Below are positions 1 through 8,227 of a stretch of 64,000 bases of DNA, piece after piece. A program made the position numbers and the translations under genes. Source of the DNA: Pseudomonas phage HPP-Temi; the sequence record PP968062.1; one strand, given 5' to 3'. Position 1 is the first letter of the stretch; the number at the start of each line of letters is the position of its first letter. Under the pieces are notes generated by a model. The model saw only the letters and a program-made list of their open reading frames with translations, had not been told where the DNA came from and did not search any database.

Positions 1-1263
1 AGGGTCCCATTTAACAGTCTTCAGGGTAGCACTGTGCATCTTCTTCAGAAAGATACTCAGGAAGCGACCACCCACCCCAGCGGCAGCTGCGGGAATACCG
101 TTTGGGTTCTCAGCAAGAGCTTTACCTGCACAAGTAGCACAGATGTTTTTGTCTCGACCAAGAATACCTTTCTCAACGTCGCGACCGGTCTTACAAGTCA
201 TTGGCCCACGAACATCGATAATATCCCCCATCAGTCCATCAATGTTTTCAGATGTAATCAGAATGGATTCCCCATTCTTAACCATCGTGTAACCGACAAG
301 TTCTTTTGCATTGAACTTATCAACACGGGTCGGAACACCGATATGAGTTTTGCAGTCCGGTTCGATAATCCGTACAGTACCAACCATTCGATAAATCGTC
401 TTAGTCGATTCACCACCCAGAGCAGTCTGAGCACCACGGCTATAGGAACCATAACGCAGAGAGTTGTTCATTACAGGCATGTGGTCTGTATCGATACCTT
501 CTTCGAGAGATTTAGAGATCAACTCAACAGAAGTACCATCAGAGAACGGAGATTCACCACCAAATAAATAGTGAACTTTCTTACGGACACCACCGAAGAG
601 CTTAGCGTGTTTAGCATCGTAGAATTCATACGACTCGTCATCAGCCAAATACCCTTCATCCAGCTTGATCAGTTCGTTACCGATCTTAGCCACGATGGCT
701 GGATCAGTAAGCTGGTCTTTATACTGTTCCAGAAGAGCAGCACGGACCTTATCGCGATCAGGGTGGGCAGTCATCGACTTACGAGTTACCGACGTCACAA
801 GGCTGTCTGCATACGCAGGAATAGCCAAGCAATGGTCAGCGAACATTAGATACTGCCAAACATAGATCTTACCGTCAGGAGCACGTTCAGTAACGTTACC
901 ATCCTCACGGTCATCGATCATTCGGTCCAGGAGTTCGTTCTCAATCTTGGACGGACTGAAATAGCCAGTCTGGAATGGGAAGATATCTCCGAAAGGAATT
1001 ACCAAGCAAAGGTAGTTAACGAATACGTTACCATAGGTAGTGCGTACAGGCTCGGTACCTTTATAGTTCTCGATTTCACCCGGTTGAAGGATGAATTCAT
1101 CGCGGAAGTGCAGAGGTGCACGTCCTTCAATGTAATCTTCGATGTAGATCTTTTCATCGCCATTAGGCATGTAGAACCACATCCGCCCTTCACCGAAGTG
1201 GGGCTTGTACGGCATGTCGGGAACGTCGTCATTATTAAGAACAACGTTGAACAAACTGTTCAT
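1..1263 (-). CDS. RNA polymerase beta-prime C-terminal-like subunit (5' part of the gene; it continues past the left window edge)
   Basis: My own translation of the minus strand from the ATG at 1263 is open to position 1. It contains ...TKTIYRMVGTVRIIEPDCKTHIGV... (compare E. coli beta-prime [28 protein letters not shown]) and TCKTGRDVEKGILGRDKNICATCAGK (the second Zn cluster [14 protein letters not shown]). The six-frame track omits it because the stop lies outside the window. The plus-strand ORFs 34..567 and 571..849 are antisense artefacts. Confidence 0.6.
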   Translation of the reverse strand, partial: MNSLFNVVLNNDDVPDMPYKPHFGEGRMWFYMPNGDEKIYIEDYIEGRAPLHFRDEFILQPGEIENYKGTEPVRTTYGNVFVNYLCLVIPFGDIFPFQTGYFSPSKIENELLDRMIDDREDGNVTERAPDGKIYVWQYLMFADHCLAIPAYADSLVTSVTRKSMTAHPDRDKVRAALLEQYKDQLTDPAIVAKIGNELIKLDEGYLADDESYEFYDAKHAKLFGGVRKKVHYLFGGESPFSDGTSVELISKSLEEGIDTDHMPVMNNSLRYGSYSRGAQTALGGESTKTIYRMVGTVRIIEPDCKTHIGVPTRVDKFNAKELVGYTMVKNGESILITSENIDGLMGDIIDVRGPMTCKTGRDVEKGILGRDKNICATCAGKALAENPNGIPAAAAGVGGRFLSIFLKKMHSATLKTVKWDP

Positions 1264-1312
1264 CCAAGCACGCTTCTTACAGAGACCAGCTTTGATCCCT
1301 AAAAGGAAATAG

Positions 1313-2197
1313 TCACGCAGTTTCATTTAGCTGCCCCATTTTGATTTCGATCTCACGGATCTCACGTTCCATAATCATTCGTTCCATGTCGTTCTCAGTG
1401 TATTCATCGAGAGACATCTTGACAGTACGGAAGATACCATCCAGGGGAAGATCGGAGAAGAATGCCAGGCCAACCATTTCATAGGCTGCTGCTTGAGCAC
1501 CTTTATTATCGAGTGAGTCCATGCTACTGGTCAGGAGTTCTAGCCAAGGACGACCGATACGCATACCTGCATTAGAGAGTTCCAGAACCATACTGAACTT
1601 ATCACGACCCAGAGTAGATAGGAGACGGTTCAGTACACGGATACGAGATACAGGTGCGGTATATTCATCGACATGACCACGAGTCATCATTGTATCCTGA
1701 ACGAGTCCTTTCAAAGCCTCAACAAACGATACAGATACTTCTTGAATCAATGGCCACATCTCATCAAAAGATTGACGTTCAAACATTGGTACAAGATGAG
1801 CAAGGATCTCTTCATTATCGAAGTCTCCTTGTAGGATCAATTCAATCTGATCCGGAAGAATATAGTGAGGTATGCCCAAGATGGTACGAACTACAGCAAG
1901 ACGTTGTTCTTGAGTAGCTTCATCCGATACCTTAATTTCATGGGCAGCCAGGACTTGATCATGTGCCACACGAATGATGTCGTCGATACGACCGAGTAAC
2001 ATCATTGTGTCAGCATAGTCATCCGCAATCGAACAGACTGTATGCAGTTCATCCAGAGCTGCCGAGTAATCCATTTCCTCTAGGGAAGCTACACAGTCGA
2101 GCATGATTTCTTTACGTTCTTCCATCACCAGAGGAGTGAGGATACTATCAAGCATTTCTTTCATTGGAATTATCCTGTATAAATGAATATCTAACAT
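1313..2197 (-). CDS. hypothetical protein (294 aa)
   Basis: Long ORF with an acidic, helical-looking composition. It lies directly upstream of the beta-prime C-terminal gene on the same strand. Confidence 0.6.
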   Translation of the reverse strand: MLDIHLYRIIPMKEMLDSILTPLVMEERKEIMLDCVASLEEMDYSAALDELHTVCSIADDYADTMMLLGRIDDIIRVAHDQVLAAHEIKVSDEATQEQRLAVVRTILGIPHYILPDQIELILQGDFDNEEILAHLVPMFERQSFDEMWPLIQEVSVSFVEALKGLVQDTMMTRGHVDEYTAPVSRIRVLNRLLSTLGRDKFSMVLELSNAGMRIGRPWLELLTSSMDSLDNKGAQAAAYEMVGLAFFSDLPLDGIFRTVKMSLDEYTENDMERMIMEREIREIEIKMGQLNETA

Positions 2198-2288
2198 ACG
2201 GTTAGGTTGCTGGTATTCTTTATAAACCGTGAAAAGTTACGTTTCCTGTTACATCTATGTTACTACACTATTTCCCAATGGAGCTTCA

Positions 2289-2885
2289 ATGACTAAGTTT
2301 AGTGAAATGCCGTTTAATCTGATGGACACTGCACATCATCCAAAGCCTACTCCTGAAGATGAAGCGAGACTCTCTGAAGCCCTTGATAAAATCTTTTCCC
2401 GTAATCCGCAAATGGAGCACAATCAAATGACCGCACTAACCCCGAAAGAACAACTGGACCAAGCAGTAGAAGCCTCCGCAGTTGCTGCTCAACAACTGAT
2501 AAAAGAAGATGGCTGGGCTATCCTTCGTGAACTGTATCGCGAGACGGCTATTGCCCTCAACGCTACCTCTATTGTTGTTCTCCCGGCTTTGGACCGTCGT
2601 GAAGAAATCCTGGGCAAACTCAGTGATCCTGAAGGCTTCTCGAAAGACCTGCAAAACTGCATGGCTGACGTTGAGCAGATGATCAACGCCCTGGGAGCTC
2701 TTCGTGTTCTTCATGTAGACAAAACTGGTATTCCGGAACTGGCTGATCTCGATCTGATCGGTAAGCTAACTCTGGGCTATGCAAATCTCCAACACAAGAT
2801 CGAAACAGGTGTTCAGCCTCTGCTGCTGGCTCTGGTCGCCAAAATGCAAGAAGCTGGTGTAGACACTGTTTCCTTCGTGAAATAA
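2289..2885 (+). CDS. hypothetical protein (198 aa)
   Basis: The track ORF begins at a GTG (2229). The more likely start is the ATG at 2289, preceded by GGAG with a 6-nt spacer (aatGGAGcttcaATG). Confidence 0.55.
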   Translation: MTKFSEMPFNLMDTAHHPKPTPEDEARLSEALDKIFSRNPQMEHNQMTALTPKEQLDQAVEASAVAAQQLIKEDGWAILRELYRETAIALNATSIVVLPALDRREEILGKLSDPEGFSKDLQNCMADVEQMINALGALRVLHVDKTGIPELADLDLIGKLTLGYANLQHKIETGVQPLLLALVAKMQEAGVDTVSFVK

Positions 2886-2896
2886 GGTAATACAAA

Positions 2897-4498
2897 ATGC
2901 AAGAGCTTGATATGGATAAAGAAGACAATTACCCAGCTGAGGGTAATTGGGAACAACAAGCTGGTGCAGCAGAACAGGGACCTACGGGTCCCACTCTGCC
3001 AGATGCCCCTGCTTCGGAAGAAGTAGCCTCTACTCCTCCTCCGGAACTTCCTCCTCTGGATATCGATCAGAAGGAAGTAAGTTTTACTGAATCTCGTAAG
3101 TGCTTCAGTGAGGCAATTCCTGGTTCCGCCTCTCTGATGAGTTTCATCCTTGAAAATCCCATCACCTTCAACAAAGTTCTGGAACGCCACAGTGCTCTCC
3201 TGAACGGAATGCAACAAGGTGATCTTACCACTACTAATAGCGATCGCGATTGGCTGATCTCTCTGGTGTCTGGTATGAACCACACCAACCTTGACCCGAC
3301 TCCTATCGGCGGCACTGAACGTCAAGGTTCTCACTGGCAACAAGGTATCTCGGCTCACGATGGTGACAATCTGATTCGTCCGGGTCGTCCTTCTCAGAAG
3401 ATCGATCGTAATAAACGTCACAGCAAAGAAGAGCTCCTGGCTTACCTAGCTAAGAAGTCTGGTCTGGGTGCTACCTACGAAGCATTTATGCCTCGTTCTG
3501 GTATCTGGCTGCGCCTGCGTGCTCCGACTCTCTCTGAAGTCGTAGCTCTGCAAACCGAGATGCAACAAGTTAAACTGCGTCTGGGTATGCAAACCAAAGG
3601 CATGTCGTTCTCGAACGCTGGTTCCGTAATGATGGACGCAATGACTAACCTGGCTCTGTCCTGTGTTATTGCTTCTAACAAGTCTTACGTAACTCCGTCT
3701 GACCTGGAACACGAACTGTCGATCTTCGACGAAGCACTGTTGCACCACGCACTAGCTTCTACCATGTACATCGATGGTTTCAACTACGACGTACCGTGTA
3801 TCGCTGATCCGGATAACTGTACCGCTCGCATCACTGCTAAGCTGAACATGTCTTCGATCGTTTGGTTCGATAACACTGTATTCAGTACTGAACAACGTAA
3901 GTTCATCGCTAAGAAATTTGCACCTGCTACTGATGAAGACTTCAAAGCTTATCGTGAAGGCTTTGGTATCGGTGGTAAGCGAGTGTTCTGGTTCGGTGAC
4001 ATCGGTGTTCGTCTGGCTATCCCGACCATCGCTCAACGTAAGATGGCTGCTTCCCAGTGGTCTCAGACTCTGATCGAAATGTCTCAAGGTACTTTCAACG
4101 AGCCACCTCATGGCATACAGCGTTCTGCTTACATTGATAAGCTGAGCAAAGCTACCATCGCTATGCAATACGCTCACTGGGTCGATGCTATCTACGAGAA
4201 AGACGATGAAGTAGAAGACTTTGACGACCAACTGATTTCCGATGATGAAGAGATCATTAGTGACTATCTGGCGAATACCTTGAGTGACCCTCAGTACTCC
4301 GATGACTTCTTTGAATCGGTTCATGAATACACTAACTCCTGTGTACTCGCAATCGTTGCTCTGCCTTCGCATAACTGCAAGCAGTGCAAAGGTCCTCAAG
4401 GCCAGGCATTCAACGAACGATTCCCGCACCTTGTACCGCTCGATCTGATGGCAATATTTTTCACGTTGGCGGGCCAGAAAGCCAAGCACCTGGAGTAA
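2897..4498 (+). CDS. hypothetical protein (533 aa) with an acidic, Pro-rich N-terminus
   Basis: 533-aa ORF with the SD-like element aagg upstream. The N-terminus DKEDNYPAEGNWEQQAGAAEQGPTGPTLPDAPASEEVASTPPPELPP looks disordered. The opposing minus-strand ORFs (2813..3421, 3752..4489) are Arg-rich and look spurious. Confidence 0.65.
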   Translation: MQELDMDKEDNYPAEGNWEQQAGAAEQGPTGPTLPDAPASEEVASTPPPELPPLDIDQKEVSFTESRKCFSEAIPGSASLMSFILENPITFNKVLERHSALLNGMQQGDLTTTNSDRDWLISLVSGMNHTNLDPTPIGGTERQGSHWQQGISAHDGDNLIRPGRPSQKIDRNKRHSKEELLAYLAKKSGLGATYEAFMPRSGIWLRLRAPTLSEVVALQTEMQQVKLRLGMQTKGMSFSNAGSVMMDAMTNLALSCVIASNKSYVTPSDLEHELSIFDEALLHHALASTMYIDGFNYDVPCIADPDNCTARITAKLNMSSIVWFDNTVFSTEQRKFIAKKFAPATDEDFKAYREGFGIGGKRVFWFGDIGVRLAIPTIAQRKMAASQWSQTLIEMSQGTFNEPPHGIQRSAYIDKLSKATIAMQYAHWVDAIYEKDDEVEDFDDQLISDDEEIISDYLANTLSDPQYSDDFFESVHEYTNSCVLAIVALPSHNCKQCKGPQGQAFNERFPHLVPLDLMAIFFTLAGQKAKHLE

Positions 4499-4563
4499 TC
4501 AACGAGGACCCCCGTCATAGTCGTCTGACAATTAACTTGGATGACTATAACGGGCACGTCACA

Positions 4564-4959
4564 ATGAACTCTTTCGGTCGTAGGACATCTAACGGTAAGA
4601 GTGCATTCGATGAACTCGTGCGGACGCTAGGAGCCGTAAGGCCAGTTATCGCTGAGATGATGACGCGCAAGGCTTATCATAAAGACTATGGTATTTTCGA
4701 TCACGATTCAGATGAAGCAGATCCTTTGGACTTGGTTCGCCTGCATCCTAAAGAAAACATCATTGAAGGTGGACCTGAGCGTACTTGGATTCGTAAATTC
4801 GTTAACTACAAGATCAATGAGATCTACGGAGTGTCGTTATTAGACTTCTTCGAGATTCCATTTAACCATTGCCTGTTTATGGTTGAACTCGCTGAGTCAA
4901 AAGCTCTGCAAGGTAGTATTCAGGCTAGACAGCTTGAGAAAGATCTTGGACTGAAATAA
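4564..4959 (+). CDS. hypothetical protein (131 aa from an internal ATG; the ORF is open from the GTG at 4384)
   Basis: This reading frame is open from 4384 and overlaps the last 115 nt of the 533-aa gene in another frame. The first ATG is at 4564. It ends at TAA 4957-4959, just before an A9 run and the hairpin at 4978. Confidence 0.4.
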   Translation: MNSFGRRTSNGKSAFDELVRTLGAVRPVIAEMMTRKAYHKDYGIFDHDSDEADPLDLVRLHPKENIIEGGPERTWIRKFVNYKINEIYGVSLLDFFEIPFNHCLFMVELAESKALQGSIQARQLEKDLGLK

Positions 4960-4977
4960 AAAAAAAATAAGGCATAC

Positions 4978-4999
4978 GCCCTCTCCCGAAGGAGAGGGC
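4978..4999 (-). terminator. Hairpin gccctctcc-CGAA-ggagagggc. On the minus strand it is followed by a T9 run (the A9 run on plus).
   Basis: Perfect 9-bp stem with a CGAA loop. It lies directly downstream of minus-strand gene 5011..5250. It is a member of the recurring hairpin family. Confidence 0.6.
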
Positions 5000-5010
5000 T
5001 ATATGTCGTC

Positions 5011-5250
5011 TTACACTTGCGCTTCGATCATCATGAAAAGACCACCCAAGAAGAGGGTTAACAACGCAACGATTGCAGCGCCCCACATGAGGACAGTGCA
5101 GATTGTGTTGATACGGTCCAACATGATTCGATCTTTCTTGGGTAGACGAGTACGACGGATATCGTCATCGTCTTTCACCAGTTTGGCTACAAACAAAGAG
5201 CCTGCAATAACTGCAAGCGCGATCCACCAGACGAGCATGATGGCTTCCAT
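5011..5250 (-). CDS. small membrane protein (79 aa, 2 predicted TM segments)
   Basis: Hydrophobic segments WWIALAVIAGSLFVA and LMWGAAIVALLTLFLGGLFMMI. Confidence 0.5.
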   Translation of the reverse strand: MEAIMLVWWIALAVIAGSLFVAKLVKDDDDIRRTRLPKKDRIMLDRINTICTVLMWGAAIVALLTLFLGGLFMMIEAQV

Positions 5251-5263
5251 GATGAACTCCTTG

Positions 5264-5524
5264 TTACTTCATAAACATCCAGGGTGGCATCTGTAGCGTC
5301 GTGTAGACACTAACCAAAGCCGTGAGGAGAAGCACTAGGTAAATAGCAAAGCTAATAGCCCAGCTAACACAGAGGAACATACAGAAGTACTTCCAATTGG
5401 GAAGCCACTTGCATACGCCCATTACGAACAGCCATGACACGATATAACCAATCAGGAACATCAGTCCTGGGAAGCTAATCGTAGCGTAGATAAAGGCAAT
5501 TGGGTTGGTGAACATCAGATCCAT
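5264..5524 (-). CDS. small membrane protein (86 aa)
   Basis: Multiple hydrophobic stretches (FIYATISFPGLMFLIGYIVSWLFVMGV; ISFAIYLVLLLTALVSV). Confidence 0.5.
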   Translation of the reverse strand: MDLMFTNPIAFIYATISFPGLMFLIGYIVSWLFVMGVCKWLPNWKYFCMFLCVSWAISFAIYLVLLLTALVSVYTTLQMPPWMFMK

Positions 5525-5532
5525 GTTGGTCC

Positions 5533-5721
5533 CTATTTAGGAAGCATGTCAAAGAGATGGTATCCTGCGTAGCCTGTAACAGCGATTATGACCATTCCAA
5601 TAAGAACCGTTACGATTCTATCCGACGGGGTCTTACCGCTTGCTACAAGCCCGTAGAACGTCGTTAAGCCTCCTATCAACAACAGGGTGAAGAAGGCAAA
5701 GACTATTACGGTCCAACTCAT
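5533..5721 (-). CDS. small membrane protein (62 aa)
   Basis: VIVFAFFTLLLIGGLTTFYGLVA and VLIGMVIIAVTGYAGY. Confidence 0.5.
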   Translation of the reverse strand: MSWTVIVFAFFTLLLIGGLTTFYGLVASGKTPSDRIVTVLIGMVIIAVTGYAGYHLFDMLPK

Positions 5722-5724
5722 AGG

Positions 5725-5925
5725 TCAACTCAGGAAGATGATGTAGAAGGCAGCGATCACCAGCAAGATTACCGCCAGGATTGCCGCCAGTGGACCGGAG
5801 ATATTGAAAGCTTTCGCCAACTCGATCGGCATGTGGGATGTTTTAACACCCAATGCGTGCTTCAGGCAATACACGGCGAACAGGATAATGATCAGAAAGC
5901 AGAAAACGTTAGACAGAAATGCCAT
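5725..5925 (-). CDS. small membrane protein (66 aa)
   Basis: FCFLIIILFAVYCL and LAAILAVILLVIAAFYIIFL. Confidence 0.5.
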   Translation of the reverse strand: MAFLSNVFCFLIIILFAVYCLKHALGVKTSHMPIELAKAFNISGPLAAILAVILLVIAAFYIIFLS

Positions 5926-5956
5926 GGTATTACTCCTTTAGAGGGGCTATATTCAT

Positions 5957-5998
5957 TGTTGTAATATAGGCTTTAAACCAGTTTAAGTACATACGACA
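5957..5998 (-). promoter_or_regulatory. early-promoter-like element, subfamily B (on minus: ...GCCTATATTACAACA)
   Basis: tgttGTAATATAGGctttaaaccagtttaagtacatacgac. It shares GTAATATAG and TTTAAA..TTT.A..T.CA with the copies at 41151, 53749 and 54525. The CTATATTAC lies ~36 nt upstream of the ATG at 5925. Confidence 0.45.
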
Positions 5999-6302
5999 GG
6001 TTAGCCATAGCAAACAGGGCTACTGTAAAGAACCCAAACCAACCGATGAAGTAGTAACGATAATCACGCCACCACTTGGGAGTATCATAACCATTCGGAT
6101 TGATTACAGCATTACCGATACCCAATACACAGGTCCAGATAGCTGCAACACCAGTAAGGATACTCAGCGTAGTGAACGGTAGATAAATATACGCTGCGAT
6201 AGGGATAGCAATAACCGCAACAAGAATGCAGAACATCAGGTTGGGGAAAGGAAGAGCACCGTGGGGAGCGTTTTCATAAGCGTGTTGAGAGAAAGTAGTC
6301 AT
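5973..6302 (-). CDS. small membrane protein (109 aa, with the start at the internal ATG)
   Basis: The track ORF runs to 6332. The ATG at 6302 has AAGGAAA upstream and avoids overlap with the upstream gene. Hydrophobic stretches include LMFCILVAVIAIPIAAYIYL and FIGWFGFFTVALFAMA. Confidence 0.5.
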   Translation of the reverse strand: MTTFSQHAYENAPHGALPFPNLMFCILVAVIAIPIAAYIYLPFTTLSILTGVAAIWTCVLGIGNAVINPNGYDTPKWWRDYRYYFIGWFGFFTVALFAMANLSYVLKLV

Positions 6303-6312
6303 TTCATTTTCC

Positions 6313-6585
6313 TTAGATGTTGGTAACAGCAATTACAAACAGGATCAGCGTAAAGTAAGTTAATACCAGGTAACATTTCTTTACGAACGTATGGATCAAT
6401 CGGGTCAACGCAATCTCAGAATACTCTATAGACTGCTTTATTAACGTCGGTTTGATGTTCTGTCCGGCTAAACGTAACATGTGTTTATAGTGCGCGGTTC
6501 TGTACTCCTCGCGGAGCTTCAGTTCCAATACATACATCATGACGGCTAATATCGGTGAAACAATAAGCAGGATCACAGGTGACAT
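6313..6585 (-). CDS. small protein with a hydrophobic N-terminus (90 aa)
   Basis: The track ORF starts at 6618. The ATG at 6585 is preceded by GAGGAAATAGAGAA and lies just after the hairpin at 6613-6630. N-terminus MSPVILLIVSPILAVMMYVL. Confidence 0.5.
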   Translation of the reverse strand: MSPVILLIVSPILAVMMYVLELKLREEYRTAHYKHMLRLAGQNIKPTLIKQSIEYSEIALTRLIHTFVKKCYLVLTYFTLILFVIAVTNI

Positions 6586-6612
6586 TTCTCTATTTCCTCT
6601 TCGTGGCATAAA

Positions 6613-6630
6613 GCCCACCCGGAGGTGGGC
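6613..6630 (-). terminator. hairpin gcccacc-CGGA-ggtgggc followed by TTTATG on the minus strand
   Basis: Lies between the stop of 6636..8171 and the start of the next minus-strand gene. Confidence 0.5.
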
Positions 6631-6635
6631 TATGT

Positions 6636-8171
6636 TTAGTGCATGGATATACGCCGTAGCACCATCGACAATGTCTTCCCAGCGAAATGTTCTCCTTTAT
6701 TACGTGCATATCTCACGTGATGCGGTATGTTCTCGCAGACCATGTAGGTCAAACGTGGGACTACGTCAAGGAAATCTTTCAGCTTACGGAGACGACCCAG
6801 AATTTGGATGTTGTCTTTCTTCGAGTCAGTTGCTTGGAGAAGCACTACCTCACGAAGGTTAGGAATGTCTACACCTGTACCGGATGACTTAATAGTAGAC
6901 ACCGTAATGTCGTTATTAAGTAGCTGATCGTAACTACACCCAGAGACATGTCCGTTAACAGTCAAGTCAGGGAACTTAGTCTTCAGGTATTTAACCAGCT
7001 TTTCAATGAAGGCTACAGTTGCACACAGGAGGAGTAGCTTCTGACCAGGTAAGCGGTCTTTCACATACACGCCTTCTGCAATACGACCAACCATCTTGAA
7101 GTATTCATCCATCCGCTTAGGATCTTTCATCATTACTGTTTCGTAACGCGCATGGTTATACGTGTTCTTAAACGGAGTCAGATAATCCTTAGGCTTGATC
7201 TTAGGTTCGGTGTAGAGTAACCCCATGCAGTTGATGTAGACGTCGTAGTTAGGCAACCGACACATCGTCTCGGCAGGCAACATCTTGTCAATCATCTTCG
7301 TCACGTAGGCATTCCCTGTGTAGGGAGTAGCCGACAGATATATCTGCTTATTAATGTTCGAGTAAATATCGATCCGGAAGGTTAGACCTGGATCCTCTTG
7401 AATCTCGTCATTGATTTGGCAGCCTGCTTGGATTGCTTCGTGGAACCGGGGCGGTGGTACATTATACCCGAGCTCATGGAGTCGGTTTCCGTACTTCTCG
7501 AAGTTATCAAGATATGCCCGGTAGGTAGTAGAAGAGATTACAATAACGTCAATCCCTTCAAGATCGTTTTCAACGCCACGATCAATCAGTTTCTGAAGCT
7601 CGGCGGAACCAGAGATTGTGATGTATCTCTGAGCAATGTCTTTGTACGTGTTCTGGAGAGCCTCAATCCAAATACCGAAGTACTTGGGAGGAACCATCAC
7701 AACGCAACGACACATCATCGAGGCAAGGGATGCTAGACTTGTTAGGGTCTTTCCTTTACCTGTTTGTAGGTCAACTCGTGCAGAGTGTAACCAGTCCCGC
7801 AAAATGTCTTCACGGATGATTTCCTGATAATCCCGCAGTACGTATTTTTCGTACATCTCGTAGGTAGCTGCTGCTGCCTTTGGGACAGGGATATCCTCAA
7901 TCTCGACTCGTTCTCTTGGGATACCTTTGTTCTCCAGATAACCGATCAGGTCTTCTAGTGAATTTCGGTGGATATAAGTCTCTGATAGATCTTCGAAACA
8001 ACCATAGTACTTTTTCTTGAGTTCCATGATGATTCGATTACCAGGGATCTTCTTAGGTTCTTTCAAAGAAAGCCCTTCAAGAAACCCCTGCATTTTAGCG
8101 AACGTTTCCCGAGTATACCCAGATAGTCGGACACCATGCGTATAGCGCTCAGCCTTGAGTATCGGTACCAT
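6636..8171 (-). CDS. SF2-type helicase/ATPase (511 aa)
   Basis: Walker A DLQTGKGKTLTS, the DExx-like QINDEIQED, and the helicase-C-like TIKSSGTGVDIPNL. The start ATG lies directly after TTTTTT, with no SD. Confidence 0.55.
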   Translation of the reverse strand: MVPILKAERYTHGVRLSGYTRETFAKMQGFLEGLSLKEPKKIPGNRIIMELKKKYYGCFEDLSETYIHRNSLEDLIGYLENKGIPRERVEIEDIPVPKAAAATYEMYEKYVLRDYQEIIREDILRDWLHSARVDLQTGKGKTLTSLASLASMMCRCVVMVPPKYFGIWIEALQNTYKDIAQRYITISGSAELQKLIDRGVENDLEGIDVIVISSTTYRAYLDNFEKYGNRLHELGYNVPPPRFHEAIQAGCQINDEIQEDPGLTFRIDIYSNINKQIYLSATPYTGNAYVTKMIDKMLPAETMCRLPNYDVYINCMGLLYTEPKIKPKDYLTPFKNTYNHARYETVMMKDPKRMDEYFKMVGRIAEGVYVKDRLPGQKLLLLCATVAFIEKLVKYLKTKFPDLTVNGHVSGCSYDQLLNNDITVSTIKSSGTGVDIPNLREVVLLQATDSKKDNIQILGRLRKLKDFLDVVPRLTYMVCENIPHHVRYARNKGEHFAGKTLSMVLRRISMH

Positions 8172-8191
8172 AAAAAATCAACGAGGGGAAT

Positions 8192-8211
8192 GGGAGAGCC
8201 GAAGCTCTCCC
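8192..8211 (-). terminator. hairpin gggagagc-CGAA-gctctccc
   Basis: 8-bp stem downstream of the beta-prime C-terminal gene. On the minus strand it is followed by ...GATTTTTTATG. Confidence 0.5.
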
Positions 8212-8227
8212 AACCTCGGCCTCCAGC

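Noticed and set aside
34-1302. Plus-strand ORFs 34..567, 571..849 and 1084..1302 at the left end
   Set aside because: The minus strand here encodes a continuous beta-prime-like protein with recognisable RNAP motifs. The plus-strand ORFs are its antisense.
2813-4489. Minus-strand ORFs 2813..3421 and 3752..4489 inside the plus-strand block
   Set aside because: They are Arg/Thr-rich with no SD. The plus strand carries a 533-aa ORF with a proper start. They are antisense artefacts.
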